From Camelus dromedarius (taxonomy: Eukaryota), in assembly GCF_036321535.1 (NCBI RefSeq), contig NC_087437.1:75890001-75954000 (forward strand): a stretch of 64,000 nt of DNA, in the 5' to 3' direction. The notes under the pieces were generated by a model. It made no database searches, was not told where the DNA came from, and worked only from the letters and a program-made list of their open reading frames with translations. Positions 12,835 to 24,400 of the stretch are shown piece after piece; position 1 is the first letter of the stretch; every line of letters begins with the position of its first letter. The position numbers and the translations under genes are program-made.

Positions 12835-13356
12835 TATAGTGGTGTTAAAATATGCACACAATTCTTTTTTGTTGCTATTCTTTCTTCTAAGAGGTGGCGG
12901 TTAATTCCCTTTTCTCAAACATGGGACCTTCTGACCTGCTTCTAAGAAATAAAATCAAGTGGAGGTGGTAGTGTGAAACTTTGGAGTCTAGAATTTTAAA
13001 TCACAAAAGGCGCTGTGGCTCTCTCCTCACTTCTTGCCCTCTCTTGGACCGCTTGCTCTGGAGGAGGCCAGCAGTCATGTGAGGAAAGTCAGTTTCCCTA
13101 CTGAGAAGCACATGTGCTTCAGAAATTTGGAATCCTTGGATCCTGCCAACAACCACGCGATGAGCCGTCTTGGAAGCAGCTCCGCTAGCCCCGGTCAATC
13201 CTTCAGATCACTGCAACCCTAGAACACCTTGACTGCAACTTGAGAGACCCTGAGCCAAGACCACACCTCAGAAACCTTGTGTGATAATAAATGCTTATCG
13301 TTTTTACCTGCTGGACTGCAGGGGGATTGATTAGACAGCCACAAGTTAACTAATAC
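12835..13356 (+). mobile_element. MLT1F-type MaLR LTR
   Basis: 'aagaggtgg..ttaattccc', 'gcttgctctggaggaggccagcagtcatgt', 'gatcctgccaacaaccacgcgatgagc..cttggaagcag', 'gagaccctgagc', 'gataataaatg', 'taactaata'. Confidence 0.85.
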
Positions 13357-14869
13357 GTGAGTCGACTGTCTTTGTCTTGAACAGCTCCCAGAATGTTAGA
13401 ATATGCTCTCCTTCCTCTTTGCAATCTTCTGGAAAAGACAACTTTAAGGCAAAAAAAAAAAAAAAAAGGAAATAATATTTGCCAAGGCAAAAAGTAAATT
13501 TACAGAACTCACTAACCCATAATTTGTCATAGCTTGGATGTATTCCTAGGTTCATGGAGGGCTTGGCTACACTTACAAATGATACTCGTTGTTTATTCAT
13601 TCATTCACAAGTCACCTAGAAGCACCTATTCTGTGTGAGTCACCATGACTGATGATGGTAGGGTCTTACTTGGCTGTTAAGGAAAAGGACTTATGTTGGG
13701 AGGAGACACCTGCAGCCCTCTGAGTCTGGGGTGAAGGCAGACATCCACACCCTCCTTCAAATGCACCAGAGTGGCCCCCTGGGAGATAAAAATGGGCTGT
13801 GAGGTACGGAACTGGAAGAGGATTAATTATGCCCTCGTAGTTAAGGTTTTCGAGTAGATCACTCACTGCCGTCTACATGATGAACCTGTGGTTTTCCTCT
13901 CTGCAGTACCCAGTGAAGTTCTTTCCATTTTCCATGTAGTACAGCAGACAGGAAAAGGAGAGGCTGCCCATCGTAGACCATCAGCAGAGTCCAAAACCTG
14001 GAGTCTCATCGTGCTTTCCCAGCCCGAAGTTGTTAGTCACTGTAAAACAGAAAACTTGTGGCACAGATGGAAAAGGAATTTCATCTAAGTGAAGCAGAGT
14101 AAATGAGAAGGGGGGAATAAAACCTCAAAGATCAAAAAGCTGCTCAAGAGATACTCTAAGGACACAGATTATATAAATACCTGTAAGCTATGAGTGTTTT
14201 CATACAGTGCTATTAAGAAACCTGCAATTAAGGTGCTGGAGGTTTTTCTTAAACACACACGCACACATACACTCCCAGGGAAACCCATCTCCTCTCACAA
14301 AAGAACAGCGGTAGGTGTGCGAAGCGGTTTCCGTGCCTCAGGAAAGCAGAGTGCTGCTCGAGGAAACACAGCTGAGTCAGTCTAACCTGTGGGAAGGTAT
14401 AATTTGCTGCACCACTGAGAGAACAAAGGCAGCAACACTTCCCTAGGAGCCTGCCACTTCTCCTACAAGCCCCAAACAGAGATGTGCGGAGAACCCTGCC
14501 GCTGAGCGGGGCGGTGGGGAGGGCGGGGTGGGTGTGTTTACTCCAGAGCCGAGTGGGCATCTAGGAGACAGTCCTGTCATCACCTAACCAGGTACACGCC
14601 TGCGCCTCGTGCCTGCAGCCTCTCTGAATCAAGCCATCATGCCTTTGCTTAGCTGGTCCCTTTAAGGGGCACAAAGGGAACCCTTAAATTTTTGCATGGC
14701 CAATGTCATGCAGTGCTCTTTACTCGAGGCTGACTCACCACTGAAGTGTCTGAATATTTAGACCCACTGTGTCTGAAAAAGCAGTCCAGACCATGTGAAA
14801 CTTTAGTCAACGAGACTCAATCAAAAAAATGTGGTATGGGTAAAATGAGAATTTCATATGCTTTCTTTA

Positions 14870-15046
14870 GGAGCTGGTTGTCCAGGCGTGGTCCCTGGAC
14901 TGGCAGCATGGGCATCGCCTGGAACTTGTCGGAAATGAAAATTCTCAGGCCCCACCCAGACCTCCTGGAAGGGGCCCAGCAATCTGTGTGTTAAGAAGCC
15001 TTCCAGCCGTCTCGGGACCGTGACAGTTTGAGAATCACTGCCTTAG
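14870..15046. mobile_element. MER5A hAT-Charlie MITE
   Basis: 'gtggtccctggactggcagcatgggcatcgcctggaacttgt..gaaatgaaaattctcaggccccacccagacct...gggcccagcaatctgtgt...agtttgagaatcactg'. Confidence 0.9.
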
Positions 15047-16460
15047 AGGGATGGGCTGTCATCCCACTCTGTGGCTATTTACAGAACCATAGGAATGGTA
15101 CGGGAACCTACTGGGTCCTGTTCGAAGGTACTAAAGCAGTTCTGTTTCTGCACTTCCAGGTGAGGATTTCTGGCTACTCCATTTTCCTAGCTTGTTTCAG
15201 GAGCCTCGGTGAAAACTGAGAATACCTCCCCCACGCCCGTGGGGCTGACGGCTGCAGTGGCGTTTGTGTGACCCGTGTCAGCGCATCTTTCGCTTTCTCA
15301 AGATGTTATAATCGAGTCTGGTTCATGATTTTTCATATCGGAGTAATGCTTTCCCAGGGGTGAGGGACAGCGGGCTGTGCTGCCTGTGTATCAATAAGTA
15401 AGCATTTTGTGTCAATAATTCACTGTGTTTCGGCTTGTAAGTCCACAGAGGCTCAGGCAGAGGACGATTTTGTCCAGCAAGGAACAACCACCTCCAAGCC
15501 TCGCAGAATCACACTAGGCTCAGGACAGAGACAGGCAGAGGACCGAGACATTATGGCATCATTCTGACCTGTCACTCAAACTTAGAAAATGCGAGCTTCC
15601 TTCAAAATTGTAAAGGAGGGAGACCCATGACTTCCACTTAAATAAAACAGCCTTTCAATTCAAGGCTCTCGCAGCGATTAAGCTAATGTTAGTACAGTGC
15701 TTCTGGACTTACCGATGCAAAAAGCTAAACATGTGCATGTGGAGTATTATGATAAGCAACAGGCCACAACAGTGTTGGGGCCCACGAGAAGCGCAAATCA
15801 AATCCCTCATTGTTCTCCTTGACACGCGTCCTCCGTTCCACGGTGTCATTAGTCCCAGGGAGCTGACCTATAATTTCTGTAATCATAACCATCCAGTATT
15901 ACAGCTCCAAAAGTGAGGGGTTTTTTCCTAATGTTTAGTGAAAGAGATTTCTACAATCATGTTTCTTATGTCATGGTAGTCAGAAAAGGAATAAAAATGT
16001 GGTTCAGAGATTTTTTTGAGATGTCATATAATTTGATACATAACTGTCACCATGGTTTTCACTGTGTTATTTTTCCAAGAGAAGATTTCAGAATTTCTTG
16101 CAGCGATAATTGTTATGAACATAGAGGAATACCTGTTGAGCAGCTCTGTAAACGTGAGGACGTTACGTGGGAGAGGACTCCAGACTAGAACGGAAGCTAA
16201 GCTCCCAGGGACACTCCCCTGGCTCTCAACCATATCTGAAGGTATCATCGTCTCACTACCCCTAAAACAGGCCTGGAAGACAAAACAGCATTTAAAATTC
16301 TGGTCCAACTCTCCCAGCAACATTATGATTTCTGTAAATGCTGCCACCATAATGCCTAAAACTTGAGGCATCAATAAAACCTCAACTTTAGCCCCCGTGT
16401 CAGTAGTGGTAGATCCAATAGTTTCCAAAAGCATCTCAATTTCTGTTCTCATATAGTAAG

Positions 16461-17232
16461 TGTGAGATAAAAGAAAATATATTTGTTGGCCTCTGCCCCC
16501 AGTTCCTGCACAGAGCTCCTGAAACCCCTGGAATTACCTGGGTGACAGGAGTGGCTTTTACTCTAACGAGGACACTCTGGGTGGGCTCCTGAATGGCTCC
16601 TGGATGTAAGCTGATCACTGGAAAGACCAAGCCAGGATAAGAAGCTTGGAATCTTCAGCTCCGCCCCTCACTCTCTTGAGAAGGGAGAAGGGCTGAGAAT
16701 GGACTTTATGGTTGATTGTGCCAACATGATGAAGCCGCTGTAAAATTCCAAAAGTAAGGAGCTTCAGAGAGCCCCAGGTCAGTGAGCAGACGGAGCCGCT
16801 GGGAGAGTGGTGCCCCAGAGAAGGCGTGGGGCTCTGTGCTGCTTCCCACACACCTCGTCCTGTGTGTCTTCTCATCTGGCTGTTCATCTGTGTCTTTTAT
16901 CACATTCTTTAATAAATTGGTAAATGCAAGTAAGTGCTTCCCTGAGTTCTGTGAGCTGCCCTAGCAAATGAACCGAACCCAAGGAGAGGTTGGTTGGAAC
17001 CTCCTCTGTAGCCAAAGTCGGACAGAAGTCTGACTGGGGAGCTACTGCTTGCAGTTGGCTCCGAAGTGGGGTGGGGACAGTCTTGTGGGACTGAGCCCTT
17101 AACCTGTGGCATCTGATGCTATCTCCAGGTGGATAGTGTCAGAATTAAGTTGAATTGTAGGACACCCAGGTGGTGCCTGATGTGAGAATTGCTTCATGTG
17201 GGAAAGAACCTCTGCACTTTTGGTGACCAGAA
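16461..17232 (+). mobile_element. MER21-type LTR, 3'-truncated
   Basis: 'tgtgagataaaagaaaatatatttg...cagagctcctgaaacccctggaatt', aataaa at 16911, 'gggactgagcccttaacctgtggcatctgatgctatctccaggtggatagtgtcagaatt'. Confidence 0.9.
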
Positions 17233-17259
17233 CCTTATAGTGGGTAACATTATTATTTG

Positions 17260-17760
17260 ATTAAGGCAACAATTATTCTCAGCCTCCATTTTCTGTCACT
17301 CACCATCTATGATATAGGCTAAAAGAGTGAGATTATTTGCTTTCCCAGATTCTCTTTCAGCTAGGGGTTACTAAGAACGTTCCCAGGTCTAGATAATGAG
17401 CCAAAGGGGGTTTCTGGAAAAGCATTTATACTCAGTAGTATCAAAGATGTAAAAAGTGTTTGCTTCTGCCAATTCCATCTTGCTTAAAATGCTGGTGTTG
17501 GAAAATTATGCCCAGAATGTGGCAGCAATCATGTGACCTCGAGAGGACAACTTGGGGATGAAAGCGATTATGCTGAGGATGGTAAAGTGAAAGGATGGAA
17601 AGAATTTGAGTGTCTGGTGGTGTCACCAAGTCATCAGATCAAACCTGGAACTGCCTACCTCAATGTGGCTGATAGGGAAAATAATCAACTGTCTTCACTG
17701 ATTAAAATATCATCAGATGAGTTATCTGTTGTTTGCAGCCCAAGTCATTCCTAATTGAAA
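17260..17760 (+). mobile_element. Old MLT1 (H/J-type) LTR fragments
   Basis: 'ttcccagattctctttcagctagggg', 'gggtttctggaaaagc', 'ggcagcaatcatgtgacc', 'tctgttgtttgcagcccaagtcattcctaattga'. Confidence 0.55.
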
Positions 17761-17957
17761 TATATATCATAGTTCAGATAGTTCACAGTTGTGTTTTAAT
17801 TCTTGGCTTAGAAATTATCAGTGTATCATGGTTAATCGGTAAGTCCCCAAAGTATCCTTTGGGATTGCTTTCTCATATGTTCTTTTCTCTCTAGGCATGT
17901 TGTCACCTTACTTGATATGTGGATCAAAACCTGTTGTTAAGTTTTGTGTTTTTTACA

Positions 17958-18334
17958 TTAGGTTTTGAATGTTTGTGTCCCTCCCCCAAATTTAAATGCT
18001 TAAGCCCTAACCTTCAATGTGATAGTGTTTGAAGGCGGGGCTTTTGGAGGGTAATCAGGGCTAGATGAGGTCACGAGGGTGGAGCCTTGGCCCAATGGGA
18101 TCAGTGCTCTTATAAGAAGAGACATCAGAGAACTTGCTTCTCTCTCTGCCCCATGTGAAGACACAGCGTGAAGGCAGCCTTTTATAAGCCAGTAAGACAG
18201 CCTTCACCAGAAATTAACCGCACTGGCACCCTGATCTCAGGCTCCCAGCTTCACAACTGTGGGAAATACGTTTCTGTTGTTTAAGCCGCCCAGTCTCTGG
18301 TGTTGTGTGATGGCAGCCCTAGCAGAGCAATACA
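17958..18334 (+). mobile_element. MLT1A-type MaLR solo LTR
   Basis: 'tgaatgtttgtgtccctcccccaaatt...tagatgaggtcacgagggtggagcc...ggcaccctgatctca...tttctgttgtttaagccgcccagtct...ggcagccctagcagagcaataca'. Confidence 0.9.
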
Positions 18335-20590
18335 CATGTTTTGGCTTATGAATCTTTTTGTAAGTAGGTTTAGTACTCATTTTTATTTTGGAGACACTAC
18401 GGACGACAAATTAAGAAAAATAAAATATTTGTTGATCAATCTGTATATATCAGGAGCTTTAATTCTTAACTTCCCCATGAGTAATAATTATTATTATTAT
18501 CATTATTATTATTATAGCTAAGGATACTGAAGTTTAGAAATGTTAAGTAATTATATGTCCAAGGTCTCTTTAATGAGGAACAGAGTCAGGGTAAGTCCCA
18601 GGATCTGTCTTATGGCAATGACTCTGACCTTTTCACCTCACCCAAATCCTCTTTCTCCTATGTTCTGTGAGAACTTGGCTTGTTCCATTCATGAAACTCT
18701 CTGTATCATCTTTCAATACAGGCTTTGTGAAAAAAAAAAAAAAAAAGAAAGTGTATACACAATCATTGACAATATAACAAATACACAATCGTTATTGTGT
18801 TTACATACATTTTACATTTACACAGGTTGAGCCCTTGAGCCCAGGAGCTGTGGACCTGAGAAGCTATGTCTCCCCACCGAGGTACCAACACTTGCAATAC
18901 CTGGCGCTTGGTGAGGGACCTAATTCGTTACAAAAAGCGTAAGTTTATAATCATTACTCTCAATTAGGCCTTTTCTAACAAAAAGTATGTTAAAATAAAA
19001 CTTGATGGGATCTTTAGTTTTAAAAATTCTGAAATAAAACCTTAGTGGACGACAAAGGTAAAAAGTTGGAAATTAAATTAAAATTTTGCAAAATTGAGTT
19101 ATTTTTCTCACCATTAAAAATGATAGGATATAGAATAATATGTCCTTGAATAAGACTGTGAGGAGAAATTTAACATGTTATCAATTCTATAAAACTCTTG
19201 GTGCACTAAGGACATTTCACAGATGTTAATTGTTATTATCACTTATAAAAATACCAGTGATGAGGTCATTAGATATACTGCCCAGTCTAAATCCTAGTGA
19301 AAACAAAGTTAGCAAATGTAAAAAGATACCAGGAAAGTGCCTCAAAATTTTGTCTGCTAAGCTACTCTAAAAGTCTTAATCCATATTTAAATATGAATAT
19401 ATTTATACATAAAATAACAACTGGGCTTCAAAAAAGATAAAAACTCAAAATATCTTTTATCTCATTTCTTTAAAAACTCTTGGTATCATTTTAGGTGGAC
19501 AAACACAAGAAAGGAGAAAAAATTAATCATTTCAGCTTGAACATACTGGTCCTTTTTTAAAAACCACCTACCCTTCGTTCTAACTGCCTAAACATAAAAA
19601 TGATTTAGGAGCAAGAAGGTCTGAAACAATCTTTAAGTCAAGTAGTATATAAAAGCAATTATGGGAGGTGACATGTTCTATGCTATGTGGGGAAAAGTAT
19701 ATAAAAATGTCAAAATAGTAACAATAAAAAGACTATAAACTTCATCCTCATGTCCAGCCAGGAAATGAAAGATCTGTGTACAGGCTGTGCTTTGAAAAAA
19801 ATGGAAGTGCTCTATGAGTGAAAGACATTGTAGGACCAGGTCATTACTAGCTCCCAGAAAGGGTAGGGGGGAGAAAGCACACAAGACTGAGAAGTGGTTG
19901 TTTTAGAACTTTCCTTCCATTTCTTTGTAGGCGGAGGACGTAAAGGGCAGACAGGGTTTGCTGTCTTATTTCTTCCGGGGCAGAGAAGTTCTAGACAAAA
20001 CACCATCACGGTCACACGTGCTTGACCCCTTCATCATGTCTCCTGCACGTCCTTGCTCCCCTGCCATGACCCTCCCTCTGCAGAGTTCCAGGGGTGCTCT
20101 CTGGGGACCCACCTGTCCCTGCCTCCCAGACCCTCTCTCTCCTTGTCCTTCACCGCTGGCAGTTATCTGCCCTGAACTCCATTCTCCAGAGCCCTGCAGG
20201 TCTTGCCAACTGAATAAACAATATAAGCTAAAATGTTTCTCACTGATAAATGGCAAAGTGTGTTATCCAACCTAGAAGACATTTCATTTTAATGCCTTAT
20301 GCCAAAAAGAAAATGGCATAGACATTTCTGGCAAGGCCAATAGAGGAAAATCTGTAGGTCTTAGAAATTTCTCCAAAGAAAATGTTTTACCCACATTTCT
20401 AAAGCCTTCCTAAGTCAACCAAGATGTAGTCTTCCAGCCTCACTGCCTAGTTCCACCAGAAAAGCCTCCAAAATACCACATTTTATGTCCTAAGAACTCC
20501 CCACATTAAAGATGCCTCCATACATACATATATATTTAAAGTTTAATAAATTGAGTCTCTCAGTTTGAGTAGAAACTTTATCCACTTCAT

Positions 20591-21208
20591 TGTACTAGTC
20601 TTCTATGGCATTGTAACAAATTACCAAGAAGTGACTTAAAGCATCATCCACTTCCACTTACTAGCTCCCAGTACTGTAGGTCACAAGTCTGAGCTGGCTC
20701 AACTGAGTTATCTGCTGAGGGTCTCACAAGGCTGAGATCGAGGTGTCAGTCCAACTTGGCTCTTAACTGGAGCCTCTCTTCAAACATTCAGATTGTTGGC
20801 AGAATTCAGCTCCTCGTGGCTATAGGGCTGAAATCTCCACTTCCTTGGTAGCTGTCACTAGGGACCATGTTCAGCAACTGGAGGTCACTCTCAGTTCCTC
20901 CCTCTGAGCCTCCCTCCATCCTGACAACAGCTTACTTCACATTCATTCCTTCTCAGGCTTCCAGTCTCCCTGCCTTCCCCTTCTGCCACCAGCCAGAGAA
21001 AACTCCCTGCTTTTAAAGGGCTCCTGTGATGAGGGTGGGCCCTCTGGGTAACCTCACTCCCTTTATGGTCAACTGACTTAATTTTAACTTAACTGACTTA
21101 ACCTTGGTTACGTCTGGAAAATCCTTTTTTGTCATGTAAGGTAACAATAACAGGAGGAACACTGGGGGCAATGTTCCTGGGGCCCATTTTAAAGTTCTGT
21201 CAGCAACA
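20591..21208 (-). mobile_element. MLT1D/E-type MaLR LTR
   Basis: 'tgtactagtcttctatggcattgtaacaaattacca', 'gggtctcacaaggctgagatcgaggtgtcag', 'cattcagattgttggcagaattcag', 'gcttttaaagggctcctgtgat'. Confidence 0.85.
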
Positions 21209-21809
21209 GGGATCGCATAGAAATTTGCTTAATCGTGATGCTTTTAGAGCCGTATTTATTTCTGCCCTCTTTGTAGGTGATTTATGTAGATGTTATGTAG
21301 ATGTCTAAGCTGTCTCTAATAGAAAGATAACTCCTGAGAGCAGAGATGTTTTCTTTCTCAGTAAATTACTTGGGGAGAGCGATAGCTGAGACCAAAAAAA
21401 GTAAAATACAAAGAAAAGTGCTGAATGTGTTTTGTCTAATCAGATAACAAAGAGATAAGTTGCAGTTTAGATAGGGGATTCAGAATTCTGTCTCTGGAAA
21501 TCAAATAATGAAAATTTGGGTAAGGCTGAAACTTGAAAGGCACACAGAAGACACACATGACCCATGGGACAGTGAAACTAAATTTTATCCCAGCCAAAAA
21601 CTGCAAGCTTGGAGTTGGCCAGGGACACAGCTGCTTAAAATCAGGTTGTAAGAATGGGCTCAGAGGATGTGGCTCAGGGAGCACATCCTGGAAGTGGTAC
21701 CTGGGTGTTGTTTCCAGGTCACGTTCCTTATCCTGACCTGGACCAGTACCCTTCTCCTGGTCCCATGTTTTCAACCAGCAAGCACAACAGACTCGCTGTC
21801 TCTTTTTTC

Positions 21810-21936
21810 CCGCCAGCTTTGTAATTGACAAAATTATTTATATTTAAAGTGTGCATGGTGGTGATTTGACATGCATATACTCTGGAATGATTACCACAAT
21901 CAGATTAACGAACATATCCATAACCTCATAAGTTAC

Positions 21937-21981
<45 letters not shown>

Positions 21982-22247
21982 TACGCGAATGCTTAAGATC
22001 TATTCTCTTAGCAAACTTCACAACACGGCACTATTAACCAGAGTCATCATCTGCACAATAAATCCCAGAACTTATTCATATTATGACTGAAGCCTTCTAC
22101 CCATTGACCAGCATTTCTCCCCATTTCTCCCCACCTCCCTCTTCCCAGCCTCTGGCAACCACCCTCTATTTTCATGAGTTTGGCTTTTTTTTTTTTTTTT
22201 TTAAGATTCCACATATACATGAGATCATACAGTATTGGTCTTTGTCA
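21810..22247 (-). mobile_element. L1MA9-like LINE-1 3' end containing (TG)n
   Basis: 'cagctttgtaattgacaaa', 'atgattaccacaatcagattaac', 'cttaagatctattctcttagcaaacttca', 'ccagaacttattcat', 'agattccacatatacatgagatcatacagtatt'. (TG)n at about 21943-21978. Confidence 0.85.
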
Positions 22248-22269
22248 CATAGCAGGCTCTTCTTTAAAA

Positions 22270-22467
22270 AATTTCTATTGAATTTTAGTTGAGTTACAAT
22301 GTTAGTTTCAGATATACAGCAAAGTGATTCAGTTATACATACATATACATACACAAATATATTTTCCTTTCAGATTCTTTTCCATTATATGTTATTACAA
22401 GAAACTAAATACAGTTTCCTGTGCTGTACAGTAGGTCTTTGTTGTTTATCAGTTTTATATATGGCAG
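22270..22467 (-). mobile_element. Cetartiodactyl-type L1 3' end
   Basis: 'tacaatgttagtttcagatatacagcaaagtgattcagttatac...ttcagattcttttccattata.gttattacaaga...cctgtgctgtacagtaggtc'. Confidence 0.85.
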
Positions 22468-22979
22468 ACACAGCGGGCTCTTGATGGTAACCTGCTCCCT
22501 TTAGTTGGGAAACTATAAATTCAAATCGCGTTTATCTTCTTGTGTAAGCTGTTTCATAGTCACTGTGCTGCTTTGGACATGCTTTGTCTGTTTTAAGATG
22601 TTTGAAATGGATAAGAGAATTCGCTTTATTGAATTTATAAATCTGATTTATTAAAAATCTGATTATTACAAGAGTTTTATAAAGATTGTAAATATCTTGC
22701 ATGTTAGTAAGTTTGCTAAGTTTAACAGGTGTTCAAAATATTTGAAAGAATCAGTTTATCAAATTGGCAATGATAGTGTGAAATGTCTAAGAAAATCTAG
22801 TTAATAAAGTTTCTAAATAGTCTTAACATTTAAGAGATTTAATCCATCAAATTTATAAGCTAATTCAGCATTAATTAAATAACAATGTTAAGTGTTTAAA
22901 GTTGTAACAATATCATTTGTGAATATAGCAGCAAGATTTGTGAGTGAAAAATAAAGGCTTATAAAAACTAGGTTATAAA

Positions 22980-23122
22980 GTGGGAGGGTATAGCTCAAGT
23001 GACAGAGTGCATGCTTAGCATGCAGGGGGTCCTGGGTTCAATCCCCAGCACCTCCTCTAAAAAATAAATAAATAAATAAATCTAATTACCTCCCCCTCAA
23101 AAAAAAGAATATTAAAAAAATT
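22980..23122 (+). mobile_element. Camelid tRNA-Ala-derived SINE (Vic-1-like)
   Basis: 'gggagggtatagctcaagtgacagagtgcatgcttagcatgca..gggtcctgggttcaatccccagcacctcc' with Pol III A/B boxes and an (AAAT)n / 'taattacctcccc' tail. 16-bp TSD aaaactaggttataaa (22964-22979) / aaaattaggttataaa (23123-23138). Confidence 0.92.
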
Positions 23123-23429
23123 AAAATTAGGTTATAAAATTTATACCTTTTATAAACTGAATATAAGCACAAGCATAAAGAACTAAAAATATTATTTTCT
23201 ATGCCAAAAAAAGCAGCTTTGGGCACTAAAACCTCAATTACCATTATTAAACACTAAAGAGCAATATAACTGTAATGGATACTAATCATAGTATTCATTA
23301 TTTATTATGTACTGACCACATACCAATTCTGTGATATATACTGAGTTTATTTAGTTATTTGTTTGTTTTTGAAGAGAAGAGATACTATAAATAAAGCACA
23401 ATCTTTTAAAATCTAAAAATTACACACTG

Positions 23430-24400
23430 GTTGGAACTCCTTTGGCCACAAGTAACAGAAAAGTGAAGTCAAATTGTTTCAATAAGAAGAGTAATTAACA
23501 GCAACAACAAGAAGAAAGGGATTCAAGTCACTTAAGCAGTCCAGAGATAGAGGAAGCCCACCACCTGGCCCTTCCTTCCAAAAAGAAGAGTCGACTGTGA
23601 GGAGTGCAGGTAACCGATAGCCACCAGCTGCAGGGCATGTGGGGCTCCCCACAGTCTTGAGCTGGGACCACACTCTTTCTGGGCAAGCCCTGGTCAATAA
23701 GCACGGTGAGCAGACCAGGGCCTGGGCATTTCTGCCTGGTGTGAGACTCCGCCAACAAAGTGGTCTTTGCTCTGAGGCTCCGTGTTGGGTTGGCCAATAC
23801 TTAATACAATCGGCATCATGGTCTAGGCTCCCCCTGCCCCATCCTGAGTCCTCCCCCTTTGCTTTCACAGGTATCACTGTCTAATATGCTGCCTGCACCT
23901 TCGTCTTTCACTGGCATTACCCCAGATAAGTCTTGGTCACTGGGAACTCTGTCCACATGCTGCTTACCAGAGGACCTGAGAGGACACTTGGGGAGAGCAT
24001 GGTCCAGTAGTTTAATGATGCTTCATTTCCGTCTCTCTGCTCTGCCTTCCCCGGTGGCAGCACCGCCCTAAAGGTGTCACTCTTCATGATAGCACCAGGC
24101 CACAAGCATCGGCTGGAGCAAACTGCTTACCCATTCACAGCCAGTGGAGGAAGGGAGCATCTTTCGGTAGCATTCGTGAGGGAGAGAAAACTTCTTCTCC
24201 AGATGCTCCTCATTAAACATCTCTCTGTCCCTTTGACACAGTTTGAGTCATCATCCTATTCTAACCACCATGACCACAGCTCATCCCTAGAGCTCCTATG
24301 AGATCAGTTCCAACCAATCTGCTAAGCTGGGAAACTCTGGATCCTATTAGAAAGGGGGCAGAGAGAATGAATGCTGGGACAGAAACAATTACATTTCCCT
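23430..24400 (-). mobile_element. Old MLT1-type LTR remnant split by an ERVL LTR
   Basis: 'actcctttggccacaagtaacagaa', 'aagcagtccagagatagagg', 'gtcactcttcatgatagca', 'tattagaaagggggcagagagaatgaatgctggg'. Confidence 0.5.
23570..23986 (+). mobile_element. ERVL LTR (LTR33/LTR41-like)
   Basis: 'gagctgggaccacactctttctgggcaagccc', 'gcatcatggtctaggctcccc', 'ctttcacaggt', 3' end 'tgcttaccagaggacctgagaggaca'. Confidence 0.6.

Noticed and set aside
16024..16452. Longest ORF in the track (142 aa, minus strand), and the similar 120-138 aa ORFs elsewhere
   Set aside because: No domain-like composition or exon structure; the length is compatible with chance, and several of the others lie inside LTRs
22981..23055. 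tRNA-Ala-like gene
   Set aside because: It is the head of a SINE: it has an A-rich tail, a TSD and degenerate stems
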